Shown here piece by piece: positions 46,395 through 54,025 of a stretch of 64,000 bases of DNA. How positions within the stretch are numbered: the first letter of the stretch is position 1; the number at the start of each line of letters is the position of its first letter. The notes below the pieces were generated by a model, which made no database searches, was not told where the DNA came from, and saw only the letters and a list, made by a program, of their open reading frames with translations. The DNA lies in contig DATIWX010000125.1 of NCBI GenBank assembly GCA_035519135.1, positions 2,576 to 66,575 of the forward strand, read 5' to 3'. This DNA is from Burkholderiales bacterium (GTDB lineage Bacteria > Pseudomonadota > Gammaproteobacteria > Burkholderiales > SG8-39). A program made the position numbers and the translations under genes.

Positions 46395-47132
46395 TCAATT
46401 GCCGCGCTCGCGGGTCAGCGGCACGAATCTTACCGGCAGGGTCCGCCGGGTGGTGGTCTTTCCGTCGGCCTGCTTGTGCACGAGCAGCAGTTCCTGCGCG
46501 TAGAACATTTCCCCGACAGGGATCACCATTCTCCCGCCGGGCTTGAGCTGGTCGATCAAGGGCTGCGGAACCGCCGCCGGCGCCGCGGTGACGATGATGG
46601 CGTCGAATGGCGCGGCCGCCGGCCAGCCGCCGTAGCCGTCCCCCACGCGCACCTCGATGTTGCGGTACCCCAGCTCGTGGAGCACCTTGGCAGCACGCTT
46701 GCCGAGCGGCTCGACGATTTCGATCGTGTACACCTTCGCGACGAGCTCGGCGAGCACTGCGGCCTGGTAGCCGGAGCCGGAGCCGACCTCGAGCACCGTG
46801 TCCGAGGGCTTCGGATCGAGCAGCTCCGTCATCAGCGCGACGATATAGGGCTGCGAGATCGTCTGGCCCTCGCCGATGGGAAGCGGGCGGTTCTCGTAGG
46901 CGAACGGCTCCTGCGAGGAAGGAACGAAGCGGTGGCGTGGCACCTTGCCCATCGCCGACATCACCGTATCGCTGAACTTCGGCCGCCCGGTTTCCCCGCC
47001 GGTTACGCGGGCCTCGGCGGCGATCTCCGCCACCATGCGCGCCCGCGCCTCCGCGTGTAGATCCTGGGCGCCAGAGGGTGGTCCCTGCGTGAGGCCGATC
47101 ATGGCCAGCGCGGATACGAGAATGGCCCGCAT
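46395..47132 (-). CDS. pcm: Protein-L-isoaspartate O-methyltransferase with a hydrophobic N-terminal (signal-like) extension
   Basis: 245 aa. Motifs include 'GEGQTISQPYIVALM', the SAM motif 'VLEVGSGSGYQAA' and 'GGRMVIPVG'. The N-terminus is 'MRAILVSALAMIGLTQG'. Confidence 0.88.
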   Translation of the reverse strand: MRAILVSALAMIGLTQGPPSGAQDLHAEARARMVAEIAAEARVTGGETGRPKFSDTVMSAMGKVPRHRFVPSSQEPFAYENRPLPIGEGQTISQPYIVALMTELLDPKPSDTVLEVGSGSGYQAAVLAELVAKVYTIEIVEPLGKRAAKVLHELGYRNIEVRVGDGYGGWPAAAPFDAIIVTAAPAAVPQPLIDQLKPGGRMVIPVGEMFYAQELLLVHKQADGKTTTRRTLPVRFVPLTRERGN

Positions 47133-47145
47133 GATTGCTGTCGGC

Positions 47146-47844
47146 TCAAGCCATCACCAGGCTGGTAAGACGCTGCGGATCGGCGAGGAGGTCGGCGCTG
47201 GGACCGCTGTAGGCGATTCGGCCGCGGTTCAGAACCAGCGCGTCCTGCGTCACCTCGAGCGCGAGCTTGGCGTGCTGCTCGACCAGCATGACCGCGAGCG
47301 AGTCCTCGCGGATCAGCCGCTGCAGGGCCTGCAGCAGCACCTCGACGATGATCGGGGCGAGCCCCTCGAGCGGTTCGTCCATGAGGAGCAGCGTCGGGTT
47401 GCCCATCAGGGCACGGCCGATGGCGAGCATCTGCTGCTCGCCACCCGAGATCTGGTTACCCCAGTGCTTGCGACGGTCCGCGAGCCGGGGGAAGAGATCG
47501 TGGACGCGCTCCAGGGTCCAGCGCCCGGGCCTAGCCGCGACCGTGAGGTTCTCCTCGACCGAGAGCGAAGGAAAGATGTCGCGGGTCTGGGGGACCAGAC
47601 CCACCCCCAGCCGGTTGCGCTCGTAGACGGGCAGCTTCTCGATGCGCGCGCCGCGGTACTCGATGCTCCCGGTATGGAAAGTCGTGTGGCCCATGATCGT
47701 AGCCAGCAGTGTAGTCTTCCCCACACCGTTGCGCCCGAGAACGGCGAGCGAGCCGCGCTCCGGAAGCGAGAGCCCGATGTCCTCGATGACCACGGTCTCG
47801 CCGTAGCCCGCGCGAACATCCTTGAGGCGGAGCGCGTCAGCCAT
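47146..47844 (-). CDS. ABC transporter ATP-binding protein, LivF-like
   Basis: 232 aa. It has the Walker A motif 'GRNGVGKTT', the signature 'ISGGEQQML' and the Walker B motif 'LLLMDEP'. Confidence 0.9.
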   Translation of the reverse strand: MADALRLKDVRAGYGETVVIEDIGLSLPERGSLAVLGRNGVGKTTLLATIMGHTTFHTGSIEYRGARIEKLPVYERNRLGVGLVPQTRDIFPSLSVEENLTVAARPGRWTLERVHDLFPRLADRRKHWGNQISGGEQQMLAIGRALMGNPTLLLMDEPLEGLAPIIVEVLLQALQRLIREDSLAVMLVEQHAKLALEVTQDALVLNRGRIAYSGPSADLLADPQRLTSLVMA

Positions 47845-48589
47845 GGCGCTGCTCGCCGAGATAGACCTGGTGCACGCGCCTGTCTTTCCCGATCTCGTCG
47901 GGCGTGCCTTCCACCAGCACCTCGCCCTGCACCAGCACCGTGATGCGCTGCGCGAAGCGGAACACCAGGTCCATGTCGTGCTCGATGATCAGGATGGCAA
48001 TGTCCTTGGGAAGCCTGTCCAGCACCTCGAGGATGCGGTGCGACTCGAGCGAAGGCACGCCGGCAGCCGGCTCGTCGAGCAGGAGCACGCGCGGTCTCAG
48101 GCCGAGGGCGATCGCGATTTCCACCAGGCGCTGCTTGCCATAGGGCAGGTCGAGAATCCGCTGCCCCGAATCGTCGGCGAGCCCCAGGGTCGCGAGCAGC
48201 TCCATCCCTTCGCTGCATACCTCGGCGTGGGCACTCGCGGCGCGCAGCATCTTGGGGGCAACGCCCCGGCGTTCGGCAACGGCGAGCGCCACGTTATCGA
48301 GCACGGACAGCCGGCGGAACAGGGCGTTGATCTGGAACGTCCGGCCGAGGCCGCGCTTCACGCGCTTGGCCTGCCCCAGCGCGGTGATGTCCTCTCCGCC
48401 GAGCACGATTTTCCCGGAGGAGGGCGGCAGCACGCCGGTGAGCATGTTGACGAAGGTCGTCTTTCCGGCGCCGTTCGGACCGATGAGGGCGTGGCGCGCG
48501 CCGGGCTCGAGGCGGAAATCGATTCGGTCGGCCACGGTGAGCGCGCCGAAGGCTTTGCACAGCGCGTGCGTCTCCAGGGCGGCGCTCAC
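47837..48589 (-). CDS. ABC transporter ATP-binding protein, LivG-like
   Basis: The GTG start at 48589 (GGAGGAAGG SD) overlaps the permease stop. It has the Walker A motif 'GPNGAGKTT' and 'LLLDEPAAG'. Confidence 0.88.
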   Translation of the reverse strand: MSAALETHALCKAFGALTVADRIDFRLEPGARHALIGPNGAGKTTFVNMLTGVLPPSSGKIVLGGEDITALGQAKRVKRGLGRTFQINALFRRLSVLDNVALAVAERRGVAPKMLRAASAHAEVCSEGMELLATLGLADDSGQRILDLPYGKQRLVEIAIALGLRPRVLLLDEPAAGVPSLESHRILEVLDRLPKDIAILIIEHDMDLVFRFAQRITVLVQGEVLVEGTPDEIGKDRRVHQVYLGEQRHG

Positions 48590-49563
48590 GCCTTCCTCCG
48601 CAATCTCGCGATCAGCCCATCGAGGATTCCGAGAATCCCGCCGCGCGCGAACATGACCACCAGCACCAGCATGGTCCCGATGCCGAAGTACCAGTACTCG
48701 GGAAATTGCTTGGCGAGCAGATCCTGGGCGATGAGATACACCACGGGCCCGACGAACGCCCCGTAGATGCGCCCGACGCCCCCGAGGATCAGCATCACCA
48801 GCAGCTCGCCCGCCGACTCGAACGAGAGCACGTTGAGGCCGACGAACTGGTTCGTCTGGGTGATCAACCCTCCGGCGACGCCGGCGATCGTGGCCGAAAG
48901 CGTATACACCAGCACCAGCCGCCAGTAGACCGGAGCGCCGATGGCGTGCATGCGCAGGCTGTTTTCGCGCACTCCGGTCAGGGAAGTGCCGAAGGGCGAG
49001 TAGATGATCTTTCTCACCAGCCACCAGCCTATGAGCAGCACCACCAGGCAATAGAGGTACGCCGTCTTGCCGTAGATGTCGAACCTGAACAGGCCGAGGA
49101 TCGGTGCGATGACGACGCCGGAGAGGCCGTCGGCGCCGCCGGTGAGGCTCGAAGCCTTGTTGGCGATCTCCAGCAGCACGGAGGTGATCGCGAGCGTCAG
49201 CATGAGCAAGGTGAGCGCCCGGGTCCTGAGAATGATCGCGCCGGTTGTCAGGCCGAGCAGGGCGCCGGCCGCCGCCGCGGCGGCGAGCTGGACCATCGGG
49301 TCGGCGATCGCCGCCTTGGCGGCGAGTATTCCGGCGACGTAGGCGCCCAGGCCGAAGTAGGCGCTATGGCCCAGCGTAATAATTCCGGCGTAGCCGACGA
49401 TCAGATCGAGCGACAGCGCGTAGAGCATGTAGATCAGGATGCGCGCGCCGAGCGAGAGATACTCCGGCAGCAGGAAGAAGGCCGCGAGCGCGACAATCCA
49501 CGGCAGCCACTCGATGCGGCGGATGCGCGGATCGGCGCTGTAGCCTCCGGCGTGGGTGCTCAT
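48586..49563 (-). CDS. Branched-chain-amino-acid-type ABC permease, LivM-like
   Basis: 325 aa from the ATG at 49563 (ATGA overlap with the LivH-like stop). It is polytopic, with 'LDLIVGYAGIITLGHSAYFGLGAY'. Confidence 0.88.
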   Translation of the reverse strand: MSTHAGGYSADPRIRRIEWLPWIVALAAFFLLPEYLSLGARILIYMLYALSLDLIVGYAGIITLGHSAYFGLGAYVAGILAAKAAIADPMVQLAAAAAAGALLGLTTGAIILRTRALTLLMLTLAITSVLLEIANKASSLTGGADGLSGVVIAPILGLFRFDIYGKTAYLYCLVVLLIGWWLVRKIIYSPFGTSLTGVRENSLRMHAIGAPVYWRLVLVYTLSATIAGVAGGLITQTNQFVGLNVLSFESAGELLVMLILGGVGRIYGAFVGPVVYLIAQDLLAKQFPEYWYFGIGTMLVLVVMFARGGILGILDGLIARLRRKA

Positions 49564-50435
49564 GCGTGCCGTCCGAACAGTCCAGCGGGCCGCCACAGCA
49601 GGATCGCGATCGTGGCGACGTAAATGGGGAAGGCGCCGAACTGCGGCAGCCAGTACTTGCAGGCGGTGTCCGCGACGCCGATCAGCAGCGCCGCGACGAA
49701 AGGTCCGCGCAGGCTCCCCAGCCCTCCCACCGCGACCACGACCAGGAAGTAGACGAGATTCTCGAAGGGGTAGGTGGGCTGGATCGCGATGATCTCCGCC
49801 CCCAGCCCGCCGCCCAGGCCGGCGAGCCCGCTTCCCAGGGCGAAAGTGAGGGTGAACAGGCGCTTGGTGTCGATTCCTACCGACTGCGCCATCGGCCGGT
49901 TGTCCACGGCGGCGCGCACCATCGCGCCCCAGCGCGTGCGCTCGACCCCGAACCACAGGAGGCCCACCATCACCGCGCTGAACGCGATGATGAATACCCG
50001 GTAGGTGGGAAAATCACGGCCGAGCAGGGAGAACTGGCCCTTCAGGTACTCGGGCAGCACCACCGGCTGCTGCAGGGTGCCGTAGATGAATCGCGCCACG
50101 GCGACGGCGATGAAGATCAGGCCGATGGTAAACAGCACCTGCTCGAGATCGCTCGCCGTGTAGAGCCGCGAATACAGAAGGCGCTCGAGCACGACGCTCG
50201 CCGCCCCGACCAGGACGAAGGCGAGCGCGAGGGCGAGGGGGAAGGGCACGCCGAAGCGGGAAATCGCGGTGGTCAGGACGTACCCGCCCGCCATGGCGAA
50301 CACGCCGTGGGCCAGATTGGCGAATCCCATCAGGCCCATCGTGACCGACAGGCCAACCGAGATCACGTACAGGATCATGCCGAGCGCCGCGCCGTGAAAC
50401 GCGACGCTCACCACCGATGCCAGAACTGCCTGCAC
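49560..50435 (-). CDS. Branched-chain-amino-acid-type ABC permease, LivH-like
   Basis: 291 aa with a GTG start. It is polytopic, with 'GLMGFANLAHGVFAMAGGY'. Confidence 0.9.
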   Translation of the reverse strand: MQAVLASVVSVAFHGAALGMILYVISVGLSVTMGLMGFANLAHGVFAMAGGYVLTTAISRFGVPFPLALALAFVLVGAASVVLERLLYSRLYTASDLEQVLFTIGLIFIAVAVARFIYGTLQQPVVLPEYLKGQFSLLGRDFPTYRVFIIAFSAVMVGLLWFGVERTRWGAMVRAAVDNRPMAQSVGIDTKRLFTLTFALGSGLAGLGGGLGAEIIAIQPTYPFENLVYFLVVVAVGGLGSLRGPFVAALLIGVADTACKYWLPQFGAFPIYVATIAILLWRPAGLFGRHA

Positions 50436-50468
50436 TGAAGGCGCCCTCGCGAGTGAGTCAGGTACCGC

Positions 50469-50509
50469 AAATGAACAAACCCCGCGCCACGTCCAGGCGT
50501 GGCGCGGGG
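50469..50509 (-). terminator. Strong stem-loop plus T-rich tail between the binding-protein gene and the permease genes (intra-operon terminator/attenuator)
   Basis: A perfect 12-bp GC-rich stem (50480-50491 pairs with 50498-50509) has a 6-nt loop. On the minus strand it is followed by TTTGTTCATTT. Confidence 0.55.
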
Positions 50510-50525
50510 CGGCCGGTCTGCCGAC

Positions 50526-51716
50526 TTATTTCTTGTTGTTGATGATCTTCCAGGGATCCTTGACGGCGGCCTGTACCGTTTCCAGCTCGACGTTCTCGAG
50601 CTTGCCACCGACCTTGCGCACTTCGCGCAGGTACTCGTTCTGCACGATGTCGCGCGTCTCGGGATCGATCGAGATCGGTCCGCGCGGGCTGTCGGCGCTC
50701 TTGTATTGCTTGAGCAGCTCCATGGTGCGGTCCGGATCGACCTTGCCCTTCTGTTCGCGGATCGCGTAGTAGATCGCGTCCATCCCGTCCCAGGCTCCCA
50801 CCGACATGAAGCTCGGGGTGGAGTTCGCTCCGTACTCCTTGTGCCAGGCGGCGATGAACGCCTTGTTCGCGGGGCGGTCGGCCGCGGCCGAGTAGTGGAA
50901 TACCGTGAGCACGCCCAGCGGCACGTCGCCCATGTTGGGCAACTCCTCGTCCGTGGTGATGTCGCCCGGCCCGATGAACTTCACGCCGGCCTTGTCCAGG
51001 CCGAGGTCGCCGTAGGCTTTCATGATCGCGGTGGCCTGCTTCCCGGCGGGCACGAAGCCGAAGATCGCGTCCGGCTTGGCGTCCTTGGCGCGCTGCATGA
51101 AGGGAATGAAGTCGGGGTTCGCGAGCGGAATGCGGACCTCGCCCACGATCTTGCCGCCGCCGTCGGTGAAACCCTTGGTGAAGGCGGCCTGGGCATCGTG
51201 GCCGGGCCCGAAGTCGCTCACCGCGATGTACGCCGTCTTGAAGCGCTTGGCCGCCCAGGTGCCCATCGGCAGGCTCGACTGCCACAGCGTGAAGGACAGC
51301 CTCACGATGTAGGGAGACATGGTGGTGATGACGGAGGTGCCCGCGTTCATGATCACCATCGGGACCTTAGCCTCGGTCGAGAGCGGAGCCGAGGACATCG
51401 CGTTGGGCGTCCAGGTCATTCCGGCCAGGAACTGGACCTTGTCGCGCACGATCAGTTCCTGCGACAGCTGCTTCGCCTTGTCGGGGTTGGGGCCGCCGTC
51501 GTCCCGCGTGATCACCTCGACCTTCACGCCCGGGGGCAGCTTGTCCTGGTGCAGCTTCATGTAGAGCTTGATCGCGCGGTCCATGTTCTCGCCCAGCGTC
51601 GCGTTGGGTCCGGACAAGGTCAGCACCGAGCCGATCTTTATCGTTTGAGCCGTCGCCTGCGCGGCGCACAGCAGCGAAGCCACCACTATCGTTGCGGTTC
51701 TGATTATGTGATTCAC
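50526..51716 (-). CDS. LivK-family (type I periplasmic binding protein) ABC substrate-binding protein
   Basis: 396 aa with a signal peptide. 'IKIGSVLTLSGPNATLGE' is typical of Leu/Ile/Val-binding-protein-family receptors. Confidence 0.9.
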   Translation of the reverse strand: MNHIIRTATIVVASLLCAAQATAQTIKIGSVLTLSGPNATLGENMDRAIKLYMKLHQDKLPPGVKVEVITRDDGGPNPDKAKQLSQELIVRDKVQFLAGMTWTPNAMSSAPLSTEAKVPMVIMNAGTSVITTMSPYIVRLSFTLWQSSLPMGTWAAKRFKTAYIAVSDFGPGHDAQAAFTKGFTDGGGKIVGEVRIPLANPDFIPFMQRAKDAKPDAIFGFVPAGKQATAIMKAYGDLGLDKAGVKFIGPGDITTDEELPNMGDVPLGVLTVFHYSAAADRPANKAFIAAWHKEYGANSTPSFMSVGAWDGMDAIYYAIREQKGKVDPDRTMELLKQYKSADSPRGPISIDPETRDIVQNEYLREVRKVGGKLENVELETVQAAVKDPWKIINNKK

Positions 51717-51772
51717 TTTTTCCCCCTCGGAATGAAATTAGACCGATTCTATACAGTCCGGGCGAGCTTGCG

Positions 51773-52735
51773 CTAGTCCACCTTGACTCCGACCTCCTTG
51801 ACAACTTTGCCGTACTTGTCGTAGTCGCGTTTGATCAGGGCCGTGAACTCGGCAAGCGTGCTGATGTAGGCCTCGAGCCCCCCTGCGGCGTGGAGCTTGT
51901 TCCGGGTTTCCGCTTCGGCGAGCAGCTTGTTCACCTCGGTGTGGAGGCTCGCGAGCACCGGCTCCGGCGTTCCGGCAGCGGTGAACAGCCCCAGCCAGAT
52001 GGTGACTTCGTAGCCGGGATAGAACTCGGCGATAGTCGGCAGCTCGGGGAAGATGTCGGAGCGACGCAGCCCGGTCACCGCCAGCGCTCGCAGCCGGCCG
52101 GCCTTGATTTGCGGCGCGCTGGAGGTGCCCGAAAACATGGCTGCCACCTCGCCCGAGACGGTGGCAGTCGTTGCGGGGGCGCCGCCCTTGTAGGGCACAT
52201 GGACGAGGTCGATCCCCGCCCGCTGTTTCAGCATCTCCATGGCGAGCTGGTGAATGCTGCCGTTTCCGCCCGAGGCGTAGGCGAGCGGCGGCCGGGCCCC
52301 GCGGGCGTACGCTATGAACTCCTTGAAATCCTTCGCCGGGACCGAGGGGTTCACCGAGAGCACCCACTGGTTCGACACGACCGAGGCCACCGGCGCCAGG
52401 TCCTTGAGCGGGTCTATCGGCATCGTCTTATATAGGTGCGGATTGATGGTGATCATGCTGTCGGCGAGCAGCCCCAGCGTGTAGCCGTCGGGCGGCGCCT
52501 TGCCGACGAGATCCATGGCGATATTGCCGTTCGAGCCCGGGCGGTTCTCCACGACCACCGGCTGGCCCACCAGCTCCGAGAGCCTCTGTCCGACGACCCG
52601 CGCGGAGATGTCGGGGGCGCCTCCGGGCGGGATGGGCACGATCAGCTTGATCGGCCGCGTGGGATACTGGGCCCAGGCGTGGGCCGAGATCACAGCCGCG
52701 AAGGCCAGGACGACGAAACGACTCGCAATCTTCAT
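51773..52735 (-). CDS. Bug/TctC-family substrate-binding protein
   Basis: 320 aa with a signal peptide and 'YPTRPIKLIVPIPPGGAPD'. Confidence 0.9.
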   Translation of the reverse strand: MKIASRFVVLAFAAVISAHAWAQYPTRPIKLIVPIPPGGAPDISARVVGQRLSELVGQPVVVENRPGSNGNIAMDLVGKAPPDGYTLGLLADSMITINPHLYKTMPIDPLKDLAPVASVVSNQWVLSVNPSVPAKDFKEFIAYARGARPPLAYASGGNGSIHQLAMEMLKQRAGIDLVHVPYKGGAPATTATVSGEVAAMFSGTSSAPQIKAGRLRALAVTGLRRSDIFPELPTIAEFYPGYEVTIWLGLFTAAGTPEPVLASLHTEVNKLLAEAETRNKLHAAGGLEAYISTLAEFTALIKRDYDKYGKVVKEVGVKVD

Positions 52736-52813
52736 TGGAACCCTCCAAGGAATAGACCAGCGCCTGCGATGCTATGATATTCGCCGCTCGGGCAAAAATC
52801 ACATGATCCTGAC

Positions 52814-54022
52814 ATGTTGTTCATAGAACGCCGCATCGAACGCCTGATCGCGAAGCTCAGGCAGTCCGCGTCCATTCCGCTGCGCCTGGAGCTGTGGAAC
52901 GGGCGCACCTTCGACCTGGCGAACCAGCCCACGGTCAAGATCGGGGTGACCAGCCCGTCGGCCCTGAGGTTCCTGATCTCACCCAACCTGATGAATCTCG
53001 GCTACGCCTATGTCGAGGGCTACCTGCGCGTCGAAGGCCCGATTCTCGAGGTGTTCCGCGCGGCCGAGGCGCTTGCGCGGGGCGCCGCTTCCCGCGGAAG
53101 CAGCGGCTTGCGGCGCGTCTGGCACCATAGCCGCAAGCGCGACCGCGACGCCATTCAATACCACTACGACGTCTCGAACGATTTCTACTCGCTGTGGCTC
53201 GACCGGAACATGGTGTACTCCTGCGCCTATTTCCGCAGCGAGTCCGATTCCCTGGATCTCGCCCAGGAGCAAAAGCTCGACCACATTCTCAACAAGCTCA
53301 TGCTCAAGCGCGGCGAGCGCTTCCTCGACATCGGCTGCGGCTGGGGCGCGCTGATCCTGCGCGCGGCGAAGAAGTACGGAGCGCACGCGACGGGCGTGAC
53401 GCTCAGCCGGAATCAGCACGAATTCGTCACGCGGCGAATCCGCGAGGAAGGACTGGAGGACCGCTGCGAGGTGCGTCTCCAGGACTACCGCGACATTCCG
53501 GGCGAGGGCGCGTACGACAAGATCGCCAGCGTCGGCATGTTCGAGCACGTCGGCTTGCGCCATCTGGGCGCGTACTTCGCGAAGATGCGCTCGCTGCTCG
53601 CCGAGGGCGGGCTGGCGATGAACCACGGCATCACCGCGGTCGATCCCGACAACAGCTGGGTCGGGCTGGGTGCGGGGGAGTTCATCGACCGCTACGTCTT
53701 TCCGCACGGCGAGCTCCCGCACGTGTCGCTGGTGCTGCGCGAAATGTCGCTCGCCGGCTTCGAAGTCGCCGACGTCGAGTCGCTGCGCCGCCACTACGCG
53801 CGCACCTGCCTGGAGTGGGCGAAACGCCTCGAGGAGAACCGGGAGCGCGCCATGGCTTCCGCCGGTGACAAGCGCTACCGCATCTGGCAGATCTACCTTG
53901 CCGGGTGCGCGCACGGTTTCGCCAACGAATGGATGAACATCTACCAGGTGCTCGCGCGCAAGGAAGGCGCGAGCTCGAACCCGCTTCCGCTCACCCGCGA
54001 GTACATGTATCGCGCTTCGTAG
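52814..54022 (+). CDS. cfa: Cyclopropane-fatty-acyl-phospholipid synthase-family SAM methyltransferase
   Basis: 402 aa. Motifs include 'YHYDVSNDFYSLWLDRNMVYSCAYF' and the SAM motif 'FLDIGCGWG'. Confidence 0.85.
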   Translation: MLFIERRIERLIAKLRQSASIPLRLELWNGRTFDLANQPTVKIGVTSPSALRFLISPNLMNLGYAYVEGYLRVEGPILEVFRAAEALARGAASRGSSGLRRVWHHSRKRDRDAIQYHYDVSNDFYSLWLDRNMVYSCAYFRSESDSLDLAQEQKLDHILNKLMLKRGERFLDIGCGWGALILRAAKKYGAHATGVTLSRNQHEFVTRRIREEGLEDRCEVRLQDYRDIPGEGAYDKIASVGMFEHVGLRHLGAYFAKMRSLLAEGGLAMNHGITAVDPDNSWVGLGAGEFIDRYVFPHGELPHVSLVLREMSLAGFEVADVESLRRHYARTCLEWAKRLEENRERAMASAGDKRYRIWQIYLAGCAHGFANEWMNIYQVLARKEGASSNPLPLTREYMYRAS

Positions 54023-54025
54023 CGC

